Positions 36,004-46,255 are shown, counted from the stretch's first letter. The stretch is DNA of 50,780 nt from Gemmatimonas sp. (GCF_044345575.1 NZ_JBIJAW010000001.1:1-50780); one strand, 5' to 3'. Notes: generated by a model not told the origin, from the letters alone. Numbers and translations: made by a program.

Positions 36004-37500
36004 GTGCGCACGCTCCTCGCGTCGGCGCTCGTGCTCCTCGCGTGCGGCTGTGCCGACGGCTCGTCCCGCCCTTCTGGAGCCGACGCCCCTCCCAGTGTTC
36101 CTGCCGGCCCTGATCCCATCGTCCTGCGCGTCGCGCGGAACGGTGGCTTCCTTACGGCTGCCCGCTATCCGGCGCTGGACACAACTGTGTGGCGTTCCTC
36201 CGCGCTCCTGCCGGCGCTCGATCGCATGGTCGCCTTCGGCGCCGACGACGGCTACCTCGCCGCCATCGATACCAGCGGGGCCCCGGTGCGCATTGATCTG
36301 CGACTCGGCACAGTCACGACCTTGCGTAGCGATACGGTGCGCGTGGTGTCGTCGGCCGACGGCGGCTCGATCTTCGGCCTCAACACCGCCGGCGAGATCG
36401 TGCGCTTCACCCCGAGCGGCGGCGACTGGCGCATGAAGCCCGCGCTCCCTGCCCAGGCGCTCTTCGCGCAGGCCGACGGGTCGCTCATCGTGGCGGGGGC
36501 GCGAAAGGATCGCGTGATCGTGTGGCGCGTGCGTCCGCCGCAGCAAACCGTGTCCGATAGCCTCTCGTTCGCCATCGGCGACGATGAACGGGCCATCGCC
36601 GACGCGCTGCAGCGTACTGCAGGTGGCGTGGGGGACCGCGTCTTCGTGGGTGCCGGTGAGAATGTGCTCGCGGTGCGCACACGCGACTTGGGCAAGGCGC
36701 TCGACGTGGACATGGGCGATCCGGTGCGCGCCATCGCCGCCACGCCCAGTGGGGACCGTCTGTTCGTGGCCCTCGCCGGCGAGGAGGTGCTGCGCATTGT
36801 CGATCGCTTCGAAGAAGGCATCACCGGCAAGATCTCGCTGCCTGGTGAAGCACGCGCCCTGCGCATGGACCCGCTCGGCCGCACAATGCTGGCGCGCGGC
36901 AACGGCGATTCGGTGTTCGTGGTGAGCCTCGCGACCGACGAGGTCGTTGGCGTCATCCGTACGGCATGGCGCGGCGATCTGCCGTTGGTCCTCCCCGATG
37001 CGAGCATCGCCCACACCCGCGGGGCCGATGTGGTGTTCGCGCATCCACGTTCACTGAAAGACATGCGCACCGTCGCCGGCGGCGCGTCGTCGTTCTGGCA
37101 CACCTTGCGGTGGAACGGGTTCCGACCGCGCGCGGCCGGGCTCGACCAGCCGGTGCAGTTCCGCACCAGCGCTCCACGCGACTCTGCCGATCTCTTCCCC
37201 GATAGCGTGCGCGCGACCACGGACAGCGGCGGCGCACGCCCCGACAGCGCCGGCATGGCCGGCACGGCGGCCCCGGGACAGTTCACGGTATCGTTCGCGG
37301 CGATTCTCGACGAGGCGCAGGCGCGATCCCTCGCCGCTCGCATCCGGGTGGATGGACAGTCGCCGCGCATCACGTCGTCGGAACGCGCCGGCAAGACCTT
37401 GTATCGTGTAGTACTCGGGCCCTTCTCGTCACGCGCCGATGCCGAGCGCGTGGGTCGGGCCTCGGGCCAGAGCTATTGGATCTTCGAGGGCGTACCATGA
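36004..37500 (+). CDS. Lipoprotein with probable beta-propeller region and C-terminal SPOR domain
   Basis: Lipobox VLLAC after GTG 36004; C-terminal LYRVVLGPFSSRADAE. Confidence 0.75.
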   Translation: MRTLLASALVLLACGCADGSSRPSGADAPPSVPAGPDPIVLRVARNGGFLTAARYPALDTTVWRSSALLPALDRMVAFGADDGYLAAIDTSGAPVRIDLRLGTVTTLRSDTVRVVSSADGGSIFGLNTAGEIVRFTPSGGDWRMKPALPAQALFAQADGSLIVAGARKDRVIVWRVRPPQQTVSDSLSFAIGDDERAIADALQRTAGGVGDRVFVGAGENVLAVRTRDLGKALDVDMGDPVRAIAATPSGDRLFVALAGEEVLRIVDRFEEGITGKISLPGEARALRMDPLGRTMLARGNGDSVFVVSLATDEVVGVIRTAWRGDLPLVLPDASIAHTRGADVVFAHPRSLKDMRTVAGGASSFWHTLRWNGFRPRAAGLDQPVQFRTSAPRDSADLFPDSVRATTDSGGARPDSAGMAGTAAPGQFTVSFAAILDEAQARSLAARIRVDGQSPRITSSERAGKTLYRVVLGPFSSRADAERVGRASGQSYWIFEGVP

Positions 37501-38915
37501 CCGCACCCGGTTCACTGATTGCCCCGTGGGAGGTGGAGGGACGCCGCCTGTCGCCGTTGCTCGATGGCGTGAGTGCGGTCGTGGTGGCGGCCACGGATCC
37601 TTCCATTGCCGTGAGTGTGGCGATCGGCGTCGCCCGCGCGCAGGGGCAGCGCCGTCGCGTGGCGGTCGCCGATCTCATCGGCGAGTCGCCCGCCATCGAA
37701 TCGCAACTGACCGGCGATGACCCGCACGGGATTGCCGACAGTTTTCTGTACGGCGTCTCGTTGAACAAGATCGCCCGCCCCATGCAGGGGGCCGACAATG
37801 TGTTCCTCATGCCCAGCGGCACGGAGCCGGTGGACAATGAAGACGTCTACGGCAACGAGCGGTGGCGTCGACTCGCGGCCGGGTTTCATCAGGTGGGTGC
37901 GCTGCTCATCGTGGTGGCGCGCCCGCAGGTGTCTGGTTTCATGGCGCTGTGCGGCCACATCGGTGCCCTGATGCCGGTGGGCGACACGGCGTTCCCCACT
38001 CCCCCGGGTATGCCGCTCATTGCGGCGCCGGCGGCGCCGGCGGCAGCGACGGCGGCGGCTCCAGCCGCGGCCCCGGCGGGCGAGGCTGCAGCACCGCCGC
38101 AGCGCGCGAGCCGGGCGCGCGCCCGCGAGGCCGCGCAGAAGAACGAGGAAAGCCGCACCCGCATGCGATGGGTGCTGCTCATCCTGCTCGCAGCGATCGC
38201 TGTGGCGGTCGGTGCGCTGTGGCCGCAGATCGCCGAGCGTCTCCCGGCGCCGTTGTCGTCGCTGCTGCAGCGCGAACAGCCGGCGGCCGATAGCGCCACC
38301 GTCGTTGTCCCGCCGACCCGCATGGACACCATGCCCGGAACGGACAGTGCGCGGAGCGACTCGGTGGTCTCCGACAGCACCATGGGCGATAGCACCATGA
38401 GCAGCGCCGTCACGGCGCCACCGCCGCCCATTGCCAATCCCGCCGACTCGGCGTCGGCGGCACGGTACGCCGTGTACTTCGCCACCGCGAATACGCGCTC
38501 GGGAGCGATGCCCGACTCCAAGGTGCGCGCCCTCGAAGCCGTAGCGCTGTCGCCGGTGCTGGAGGGCAATGAACAGTGGTTTCGCGTGACCGTCGGTGCC
38601 GCCAAGTCGCGGGCCGATGCCGAAGGACTGTTGGCGCGCCTGCGCACCGACAAGGTGATCGGCTCCGGCTCCATCGTGTCGGTGCCCTTCGCCTTCCGTG
38701 TGGAGTCGAAGGTCACCACCGCGCTTGTACCCACGCGCCTCGCGGCGTTGAGCACGCGCGGCATCATCGCCTATGCGCTCCGTCAGGATGACGGCAGCGC
38801 CACGATTTACACCGGCGCATTCGAGTCGCCGCTGCAGGCGACCGCGCTTGCGGATTCCTTGCGCGCCGCCGGTGTCGCGCCTGTGCTGGTTTATCGAACG
38901 GGGAGAGGGTTCTAG
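37497..38915 (+). CDS. Single-pass membrane protein with N-terminal degenerate P-loop-like domain and SPOR-like domain(s)
   Basis: RRVAVADL...GIADSFLYGVSL...NVFLMPSG; a TM segment WVLLILLAAIAVAVGALW; WFRVTVGA and IYTGAFES. Confidence 0.65.
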   Translation: MTAPGSLIAPWEVEGRRLSPLLDGVSAVVVAATDPSIAVSVAIGVARAQGQRRRVAVADLIGESPAIESQLTGDDPHGIADSFLYGVSLNKIARPMQGADNVFLMPSGTEPVDNEDVYGNERWRRLAAGFHQVGALLIVVARPQVSGFMALCGHIGALMPVGDTAFPTPPGMPLIAAPAAPAAATAAAPAAAPAGEAAAPPQRASRARAREAAQKNEESRTRMRWVLLILLAAIAVAVGALWPQIAERLPAPLSSLLQREQPAADSATVVVPPTRMDTMPGTDSARSDSVVSDSTMGDSTMSSAVTAPPPPIANPADSASAARYAVYFATANTRSGAMPDSKVRALEAVALSPVLEGNEQWFRVTVGAAKSRADAEGLLARLRTDKVIGSGSIVSVPFAFRVESKVTTALVPTRLAALSTRGIIAYALRQDDGSATIYTGAFESPLQATALADSLRAAGVAPVLVYRTGRGF

Positions 38916-41900
38916 TGCGTCTGACGAAGCTCGAGGTACATGGCTTCAAGGCCTTTGCCGATCACTTGGAGTTCGTGTTCGAAAAAGGCGTGACGGCCAT
39001 TGTCGGCCCGAACGGTTCTGGCAAGTCGAACGTCTCCGACGCCGTGCGCTGGGTGCTCGGCGAACAGCGGGCGCGCGCGATGCGAGGCGCGAAAATGGAA
39101 GACGTCATCTTCCACGGCTCGTCGGCGCGCAAGCCGGTGAACATGGCGGAAGTGTCGCTCCACTTCGACAACACCGAGGGTGAGCTCCCCATCCCGTTCA
39201 AGGAAGTGGTGATCACGCGGCGCCTCCTGCGCAGCGGCGAGAGCGAGTACCTGCTCAACCGTGCGCCCTGCCGTTTGCGTGACATTCAGGACCTCGTCCG
39301 TGGCACCGGCCTCGGTGCCGACTCGGGCGTGGTGATCGAAAGCAAGATGATCGATGCCCTGCTGTCCGATCGCCCCGACGAGCGTCGCGAGCTGTTCGAG
39401 GAAGCCGCCGGTGTGGGGCTCTATCGCGATCGTCGTCGCAGTGCGGAGCGTCGACTCGAGGAAACCACCACGGACCTCGCGCGCCTCGATGACCTGATCA
39501 ACGAAGTGCAGAGCCAGGTACGTTCGCTTGCGCGCCAGCGCCGCCGGGCCGAGCGACATGCCGAACTCACGTCCCGGCGTTTCTCCGTGGAAATCTCCCT
39601 CGCCGTGCGGGAGATGGCGGCGTGGAAGGACGAACTCGAGGCCCTCGATGGGCGTCTCGAGGAGCTGCGCGGCGAAATGCCGGGCGCCGAGGAGTCCATC
39701 GCGGCCGCTGAACTGCAGCGTGAGGAATCGCACGCCGCCCGCAGTGCGGCCGAGGCCAGCCGTGTGGAATTGGCCCGTCTGGCTGCCGAGCAGCGCGACA
39801 AGACGCAGAAGCTCGAGCGTGAACTGGCGGTGGCCGAAGAGCGCCAGCGCAGCACCACGCAGCGGAAGCTCCGCGCCGAGCAGGAGCGCGAGGAGAATGA
39901 AGCCTTCGGTCGACGCCTCCGCGAGGATCGTGAGAGGGCGGCGACCGATCGTAGCACACTGGAACGCGAGCTGACTGACGCCGGAGAGGCGCTGCAGCAG
40001 CGTCTCTCCGCTGAGCAGGTGGCCCGCGAAGCCGTACAGCGCGCACGAGCGTCGCTCGACCAGCTCGAGCGGCAGGTGCGTGAGCACCGCGATCAGGCGC
40101 GCCGTGTCGAACTCGATCGCGACGGCGCCGCCCGTGAGCAGGCCGAAACGCAGCAGCGTCGCGAAGCCCTCGAAGTGGAGCGTCAGAACCTCGCCGATGC
40201 GCTCGATACCATCGAGCGTGAGCTGATCACGGCGCGCGAGACCGTGCAGCTCACGCAGGAAGCGGCGCAGGAGGCGATGCACGAGTTGGAAGGCGCGCGT
40301 CTTGCTGCCGCGACGGCGCGTACCGCTGACGCCGAATCGCGAGCGATGCTCGCCAACGCAGTGCAGTTGCGCACCAATCTCGAAGGCAAGATGAACGCGC
40401 TCGCCGCGCTCGAGCGCGAGCGCGTCGGTCTGGCCCCCTCGGCCGCCAAGCTGCTCAAGGAACGCGAGCGCTTCGGTGACGGCGCGGTGCTGGGGCCGCT
40501 CACGGACTTCCTCACCGCCGACGGCGACACGGCCAAGCTGGTGGAGCGCTACCTCGGCGCCACCATGCACGCCATCGTCGTGCGCGATGCCGACGCGGCC
40601 TTGGCCGTGCGGCAGTGGCATGCACAGGCGCAGCCAGGGCCCATCCTGCTGCTGCCGCTCGATGTCATCAGCGATATCGGCACGCTCGAAGGCGCTCTCG
40701 CCGGCAGCGTGCAGACGCAGGGCCCCGCGAGCCGCTGGGTGCAGGCACTTCTCGGTAAGGTGCGCGCCCTCGATGGCGGTGACGCGTTCGTGGACGAGCG
40801 TGGTGCGGTGTACCTCCCGGGTAATGCCGGTGGCCCCGGTCCGCTGCAGCGTCGCGCCGAACTCACGCGCCTCGAGAGTGATCTCGCGGCGGCCGATGCG
40901 CGCCGTGACGAAGCGGCTCTCGCCGCCGAGGCGGCGCGCCTGGCGCTCGGAGAGGCCGAGCGGGCACAGCAGATGGCGATCGAGGGCAACAACCGGGCGC
41001 AGCAGGAATCGCGTCGGGCGGTGGAAGTGCAGAACGAGGTGGAGCGCCGTCGTGAGCGCGCCGAGCGCGAACTCGCGCAGTCGAGCGCGCTGGCGGAGCG
41101 CCTGGTAGCGCGGCTGGAAGAACTCGAGCAGCGCACCAAGCAGCTGGCACAGCAGGCGGAAGCACTGCATGCCCGCGCCGGTGAGGCCGACACCGACATC
41201 ACCACGGCGCGTGAAGAGCTGAGCCTTGCCGAGCGCGATCAGGAGCAGGCGCGCGAGGCCCGCGCGACCTGGCAGGTGGCACAGGCACAGGCACAGGCGC
41301 GTCTCAGCGTGGCCATCGATCGCGAGAAGCGCCTGCTCGAGGAGGACAGCACCGCGGCTGCGCGTATCGAAGCGCTGGCCCGTGAGCTCTCCACGCTCAG
41401 CGAAGCCGACCAGAATCTTGCGCAGCAGCTCGATGGCTGGCGGGCGGAGCTCGACACCGAGCAGAAGAATCTCGCCGACGCCGACGGGCGGCTGGCGGAG
41501 GCGGAGCGCGCCGTGGCGGCCGCGACGCACGCCACTGATGCGTGCGAAACCACGCTCGATGAAGCGCGTCGTCGCGCCACGGCGTTGGGCGAGCAGCTGC
41601 ATGGGGCCCAGCTTCGCCACACCGAGCTCGCCGGCCGTCGCGAGACTATCAAGTCGCGTCTCGAAACGGAATGGCGTCGGTCGCTCGACGACCTGCTCAC
41701 CGGGTTCGAGGAGCTCGACCTCCCCACCGACGAACTGCGCACCGAAGCGGCGACGCTGCGTAGCGCACTCGACGAGTTGGGGCCGGTGAATCCGCTGGCC
41801 ATCGAGGAGCACGAGGAAGAACAGCGTCGTCTCGAGTTCCTCACGAGCCAGCGCAATGACCTCGTGGCAGCCAAGCAGTCGCTGCATCAGGCCATTCGCG

Positions 41901-42502
41901 AAATCGACAGCACGGCACGCGAGCTGTTCCTGGCCACCTTCTCGCAGGTGCGCGAGAACTTCCGCCAGATCTTCCTGCGCATGTTCGGCGGTGGCGAGTG
42001 CGATCTGCGCCTCGAGAATCCCGATGCGCCGCTCGACTGCGATATCGAAGTGCATGCGTCACCGCGCGGCAAGAAGACGCAGCGCATTCATTTGCTTTCG
42101 AGTGGCGAACGTGCGCTCGTGGCGCTGTCGCTGCTCTTCGGCATCTTCCTCACCAAGCCGAGCCCCTTCTGCCTCATGGACGAAGTGGACGCGCCGCTCG
42201 ACGACCAGAACATCGGGCGTTTCGTGAAGATGCTCAACGACTTCAAGTCACGTACGCAGTTCATCGTCATCACGCACAATCCGCGCACCACGAGCGAAGC
42301 GGCCGATGCGGTGTATGGCGTGACGATGCAGGAGCCTGGTGTGTCGAGCATCGTGAGTGTGCGCCTGCGTAACGGCCCGTCGATCGACGAAGAATCGTCG
42401 GCCGCCAATGTGCCGGCGGCAGACGGCGCATTTGATGCGGGCTCGGATGTGACGGCAGGCGAAGCGGACGAATCCCCCGAAGCCGAGCCGTCGCCGGCGT
42501 GA
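38915..42502 (+). CDS. smc: Chromosome segregation protein SMC
   Basis: GFKAF, GPNGSGKSN, long coiled coils, hinge, LGPVN, LSSGE, MDEVDAPLD and ITHN. Confidence 0.96.
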   Translation: MRLTKLEVHGFKAFADHLEFVFEKGVTAIVGPNGSGKSNVSDAVRWVLGEQRARAMRGAKMEDVIFHGSSARKPVNMAEVSLHFDNTEGELPIPFKEVVITRRLLRSGESEYLLNRAPCRLRDIQDLVRGTGLGADSGVVIESKMIDALLSDRPDERRELFEEAAGVGLYRDRRRSAERRLEETTTDLARLDDLINEVQSQVRSLARQRRRAERHAELTSRRFSVEISLAVREMAAWKDELEALDGRLEELRGEMPGAEESIAAAELQREESHAARSAAEASRVELARLAAEQRDKTQKLERELAVAEERQRSTTQRKLRAEQEREENEAFGRRLREDRERAATDRSTLERELTDAGEALQQRLSAEQVAREAVQRARASLDQLERQVREHRDQARRVELDRDGAAREQAETQQRREALEVERQNLADALDTIERELITARETVQLTQEAAQEAMHELEGARLAAATARTADAESRAMLANAVQLRTNLEGKMNALAALERERVGLAPSAAKLLKERERFGDGAVLGPLTDFLTADGDTAKLVERYLGATMHAIVVRDADAALAVRQWHAQAQPGPILLLPLDVISDIGTLEGALAGSVQTQGPASRWVQALLGKVRALDGGDAFVDERGAVYLPGNAGGPGPLQRRAELTRLESDLAAADARRDEAALAAEAARLALGEAERAQQMAIEGNNRAQQESRRAVEVQNEVERRRERAERELAQSSALAERLVARLEELEQRTKQLAQQAEALHARAGEADTDITTAREELSLAERDQEQAREARATWQVAQAQAQARLSVAIDREKRLLEEDSTAAARIEALARELSTLSEADQNLAQQLDGWRAELDTEQKNLADADGRLAEAERAVAAATHATDACETTLDEARRRATALGEQLHGAQLRHTELAGRRETIKSRLETEWRRSLDDLLTGFEELDLPTDELRTEAATLRSALDELGPVNPLAIEEHEEEQRRLEFLTSQRNDLVAAKQSLHQAIREIDSTARELFLATFSQVRENFRQIFLRMFGGGECDLRLENPDAPLDCDIEVHASPRGKKTQRIHLLSSGERALVALSLLFGIFLTKPSPFCLMDEVDAPLDDQNIGRFVKMLNDFKSRTQFIVITHNPRTTSEAADAVYGVTMQEPGVSSIVSVRLRNGPSIDEESSAANVPAADGAFDAGSDVTAGEADESPEAEPSPA

Positions 42503-43548
42503 CGAGCCGTAGGGCGGTGACACGTTGGGGGGCGATCCTGCTGTCGTGGCTGACAGTGGGTCTCGCCCCTTCGGCGTTACGGGCGCAGGTGGTGATCGTG
42601 GACGGCCCCGGCCCTGGTGTGCTGCCGTCGCTCACCCCGCTGCTCCAGGTCCGCGCCATCGGGCTCGGCCCGGCCCGCCCCATCCAGTACACGGTGCAGG
42701 TTTCCACCACGCCCGATTTCACGGCGTTGGTGCTCGACAGCACGTTCAATGCGGCCGACACGGTGGTCAGCGTGCAGATCACGCGCCCGCTGCCAAGTGA
42801 GGCGACGGTGTTCTGGCGCGTGGCAGCGCGAAGCGCACTCGGTCCACAGGCGCTGTCGAACAGTTCGGGTTCGCGTCAGGTACCGGCGTGGCTGTCGCTC
42901 ATCGCCCCCAATTCTCCGGTGGGCAACGCCTTCGACATCCGCCGGCCCCTCCTGATCTGGCGGGTGGCGCCGGTGGTGAGCAGCATCGGGCCGTGGCGCT
43001 TCGATCTTGAGATTACCACCGCCGGGCGACCGGAAGTCGCCGTGAGTGGCGTGCGCGACACCACCTTCCGTTCCTTCACCGACCTGCAGGCCAACACCTC
43101 GTACCGCTGGAACGTGCGCGCGTCGCTCCCCAACGGCGCGAACGTTCGCGTGTACAGTCAGGGCAGCTTCGTCATCACCGACCCGCCGCTGCCCACGACC
43201 ACCCTGTCATACCAGAACTTTCCCAATCCCTTTCCCACGGCGGCCACGCAGTCCACCTGCTTCTGGTTCGATGTGGGGAAGAGCGGCGTGAAGGTCTCGC
43301 TCGACGTGCTCGATCTGCGCGGCAATCTGGTGAAGCGCATCGTGCCCGCCGACGATGGTATCGAGCGATTCGACGCGGGGCGATACGGTCGCGGGGCGCC
43401 GGGCGCCGCGAGCAATTGCGACAACCGGTTCGTGTGGGACGGCACGGCGGCCGACGGGCGAACGGTGGCTCCCGGCGTATATCTCGCGCGCTTCCGCGCC
43501 GACAACGGCACGCCGACGTATCGGAAGATCGTCTTCACGGGACGGTAA
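42499..43548 (+). CDS. Secreted protein with Ig/FN3-like domains and a FlgD-Ig/T9SS-CTD-like C-terminus
   Basis: Signal peptide; YQNFPNPF...VLDLRGNLVKRI...WDGTAADGRTVAPGVYLARF. Confidence 0.7.
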   Translation: MTSRRAVTRWGAILLSWLTVGLAPSALRAQVVIVDGPGPGVLPSLTPLLQVRAIGLGPARPIQYTVQVSTTPDFTALVLDSTFNAADTVVSVQITRPLPSEATVFWRVAARSALGPQALSNSSGSRQVPAWLSLIAPNSPVGNAFDIRRPLLIWRVAPVVSSIGPWRFDLEITTAGRPEVAVSGVRDTTFRSFTDLQANTSYRWNVRASLPNGANVRVYSQGSFVITDPPLPTTTLSYQNFPNPFPTAATQSTCFWFDVGKSGVKVSLDVLDLRGNLVKRIVPADDGIERFDAGRYGRGAPGAASNCDNRFVWDGTAADGRTVAPGVYLARFRADNGTPTYRKIVFTGR

Positions 43549-43552
43549 CCCC

Positions 43553-44311
43553 ATGCGCCTGACCACCATCGGCACGGGCACCGCGGCCCCACATCCCACG
43601 CGCGTGGCGTCATCGCATCTCGTCGAATGCGGCGAGGTGCGGTTGCTGCTCGACTGCGGCAGTGGGGCCGTACATCGCCTCGCCAATCTGGGCGTCGACT
43701 GGAGTGGCATCACGCATGTCGCCCTCACGCACTTTCACGCCGACCACATTGCCGATCTGCCACTCCTCATCATGGGGTGGCGTTGGGGCCAGCTGCCGCC
43801 GCGGAGTGCACCCGTGACCATTTATGGGCCCTCAGGAACCGGTGCGCTGCTGGAACGGATGGCGGGGGTGTATGGCGCCTGGATGCTGGCGCCAGGGTTT
43901 CCACTCACGGTGCGCGATCTCCTGCCCGATGAGATCATCCGATTGCCCGGCGGCGTGGCGTTGCAGGCACATCCGGTACCGCATACCGCCGAGAGCGTAG
44001 CATATTCCATCAGTGAAGGAACGCAGCGGCTCGTTTACACCGGTGACACCGGAGTGAGCGAATCGCTGGGCCCGTGGGCGCGCGACTGTGATCTGTTGCT
44101 CGCCGAGTGTTCCCTGCCCGACACCATGGCCCTTCGCGAGCATCTCACGCCGCGGCAGGCCGGCGCGTTGGCAGCACAGGCGGCTGCAAAGCGGCTCGTG
44201 CTCACGCATTTCTATCCGCCCGTCGAGTCCGTGGACATCGCGGCCGAGGTGGCGGAGCATTACGCTGGCCCGGTGGTGTGTGCCACCGATGGCTGGTCCA
44301 TCGACTTCTGA
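43553..44311 (+). CDS. MBL-fold metallo-hydrolase (RNase Z/BN-like)
   Basis: IGTG, LLDCGSG, THFHADH, YTGDT, HLTP and LTHFYP. Confidence 0.85.
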   Translation: MRLTTIGTGTAAPHPTRVASSHLVECGEVRLLLDCGSGAVHRLANLGVDWSGITHVALTHFHADHIADLPLLIMGWRWGQLPPRSAPVTIYGPSGTGALLERMAGVYGAWMLAPGFPLTVRDLLPDEIIRLPGGVALQAHPVPHTAESVAYSISEGTQRLVYTGDTGVSESLGPWARDCDLLLAECSLPDTMALREHLTPRQAGALAAQAAAKRLVLTHFYPPVESVDIAAEVAEHYAGPVVCATDGWSIDF

Positions 44312-44330
44312 GTTTTTCCGAGGACGTGAC

Positions 44331-45365
44331 ATGCTGGTCGTGATGCAGCCCAACGCTTCTTCCGCCGATATCGATCGGGTCTGCGAAGAGATCACGCGTC
44401 AGGGCTTCAAGCCCCTCCCGCTGCCGGGCGAAGTCCGCACGGCGATCGGTCTTCTTGGTGATGACGCCAAGGTGGACTGGTCGTACATCGAGGGGCTACC
44501 AGGCGTGTCCAGCGTGCTCATCGTGCAGAAGCCGTTCCGTCAGGCGTCGCGCGAGTGGAAGCCGGAGACCACCATCGTGGAAATCGCGCCGGGCGTGCGC
44601 TTCGGCGGCACCGATGTGCCCATCGTGGCGGGGCCGTGCTCGGTGGAGAACGAGACGCAGATTCTCACGGCGGCGCGCCAGGTGAAGGCCGCGGGTGGCG
44701 CCGCGCTGCGTGGTGGCGCCTTCAAGCCGCGCTCGAGCCCCTACGCGTTTCAGGGGCTGGGCAAGCAGGGGCTGGAACTGCTTGCGTTGGCGCGGCAGGA
44801 GACCGGGCTCGCGATCGTGACCGAGGCGATGGACGAACGCGGCGCCGACATGGTGGCAGAGTACGCCGACTGCATCCAGATCGGTGCGCGCAACATGCAG
44901 AACTACTCGCTGCTGCGGCACGTGGGCACGCTCAAGAAGCCGGTGCTGCTCAAGCGCGGCATGGCGGCCACGATCAACGACCTGTTGCTGAGCGCCGAGT
45001 ACATTCTCGCCGAAGGGAATCCCAACGTGATTCTCTGTGAGCGCGGCGTGCGCACGTTCGACAGCGCCACGCGCAATCTCTTTGATCTGACCGCCATCCC
45101 GGTGGTGCAAAAGCTCTCGCATCTCCCGATAGTGGCCGATCCGAGTCACGGGACGGGGCTGCGTGACAAGGTCACCCCGATGGCGCGCGCGGCGGTGGCT
45201 GCCGGTGCCGATGGTATTCTTGTGGAGATGCACCCCACTCCGGAAAAGGCGCTGTCCGACGGCGCGCAGTCGCTGTATCCGGCGCAGTTCGATGAGCTCG
45301 TGAAGCAGCTACGCACGATTGCGGCGGCGATCGGGCGCTCGGTGACGCCCCCGCCGGGTGCGTGA
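44331..45365 (+). CDS. aroF: DAHP synthase type I-beta with N-terminal regulatory domain
   Basis: [42 protein letters not shown] and SDGAQS. Confidence 0.94.
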   Translation: MLVVMQPNASSADIDRVCEEITRQGFKPLPLPGEVRTAIGLLGDDAKVDWSYIEGLPGVSSVLIVQKPFRQASREWKPETTIVEIAPGVRFGGTDVPIVAGPCSVENETQILTAARQVKAAGGAALRGGAFKPRSSPYAFQGLGKQGLELLALARQETGLAIVTEAMDERGADMVAEYADCIQIGARNMQNYSLLRHVGTLKKPVLLKRGMAATINDLLLSAEYILAEGNPNVILCERGVRTFDSATRNLFDLTAIPVVQKLSHLPIVADPSHGTGLRDKVTPMARAAVAAGADGILVEMHPTPEKALSDGAQSLYPAQFDELVKQLRTIAAAIGRSVTPPPGA

Positions 45366-45404
45366 GTTACGGCACCTGCTTCATCGACACGGGTATTCGA
45401 GCAC

Positions 45405-46082
45405 ATGACGAAATTGACGTACTCCGCATTCGTGATCGCGCTCTCGGCAGCGACCACCGCGCCGCTGCCGGCCCAAACCGGCGCCGAGACGGCATACGAC
45501 CGCATCGCGAGGGCGTGGAAGGACACGCGGACGCTCGAAGCCAACTTCGAGCAGAAGATCACCAACCCGCTGCTCGGGCGTTCGGCCAGCGCCAAGGGCG
45601 TGTTCCTGCAGGAGCGGCCGGGCAAGGTAAGCATCACGTTCACCCAGCCCGCCGGTGACCGCATCGTCGGCGACGGCAAGACGCTGTGGGTGTATCTGCC
45701 GAGCAGTGCGCCGGGTCGCGTACTCAAGCTGCCGGGCGATGCCGACGGCGCCATCGTGGCTGACCTGCTGGGTCAGCTGCTCGACACCCCCAAGCGTGCG
45801 TTCGTGATTTCCGGCGGAGATGTGGTAACCATCGACGGCCGTACCACGCGTCGCGTACAACTGCTGCCGCGCAATCCCAACACGGTGCCGTTCCAGAAGG
45901 CCACCCTGTGGCTCGACGAGAAGGAGCCGCGCCCGGTGCGCGTGCAGGTCATCGACGGTCAGGGCGTCGACCGCACCATCACGCTCACGTCGTGGTCACC
46001 CGACGCCACGCTCCCCGGCGACGCCTTCAAGTTCAGCGTGCCCAAGGGCGTGAAAGTCTCGACCAAGATCGCCGGGCTGTAG
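45405..46082 (+). CDS. lolA: Outer-membrane lipoprotein carrier protein LolA
   Basis: Signal peptide; LEANFEQ, ERPGK, IVGDGKTLWVY and FKFSVPKGV. Confidence 0.85.
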   Translation: MTKLTYSAFVIALSAATTAPLPAQTGAETAYDRIARAWKDTRTLEANFEQKITNPLLGRSASAKGVFLQERPGKVSITFTQPAGDRIVGDGKTLWVYLPSSAPGRVLKLPGDADGAIVADLLGQLLDTPKRAFVISGGDVVTIDGRTTRRVQLLPRNPNTVPFQKATLWLDEKEPRPVRVQVIDGQGVDRTITLTSWSPDATLPGDAFKFSVPKGVKVSTKIAGL

Positions 46083-46083
46083 T

Positions 46084-46246
46084 CCTCCCTGGTTCTCCGG
46101 AGAAGTGGAGAAAGGAGGGAACTGATATTGGGAGAAAAGGGGAAAGGGAGAAAAGGAGTTGGACATCATGTGATGTCTCCTTTTCTCCCTTTTCCCTTTT
46201 CTCCTATTGTCAGTTCCCCCTTTTCCCCTCTTCTCCCCGGGAGGGG
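46084..46246. repeat. About 60-bp purine/pyrimidine inverted repeat with 8-nt GGRGAAAR periodicity
   Basis: The left arm ggagaag...ggagaaaa ggggaaag ggagaaaa ggag pairs with the pyrimidine right arm around GACATCA-TG-TGATGTC. Lies between convergent lolA and the S41 peptidase gene. Confidence 0.85.
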
Positions 46247-46255
46247 AACCGCGAA

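Noticed and set aside
38912-42055. 1047-aa minus-strand ORF (and similar long shadows at 5949-7673, 11063-12670, 25914-29023)
   Set aside because: Antisense to smc and other well-supported genes; expected from high-GC codon bias.
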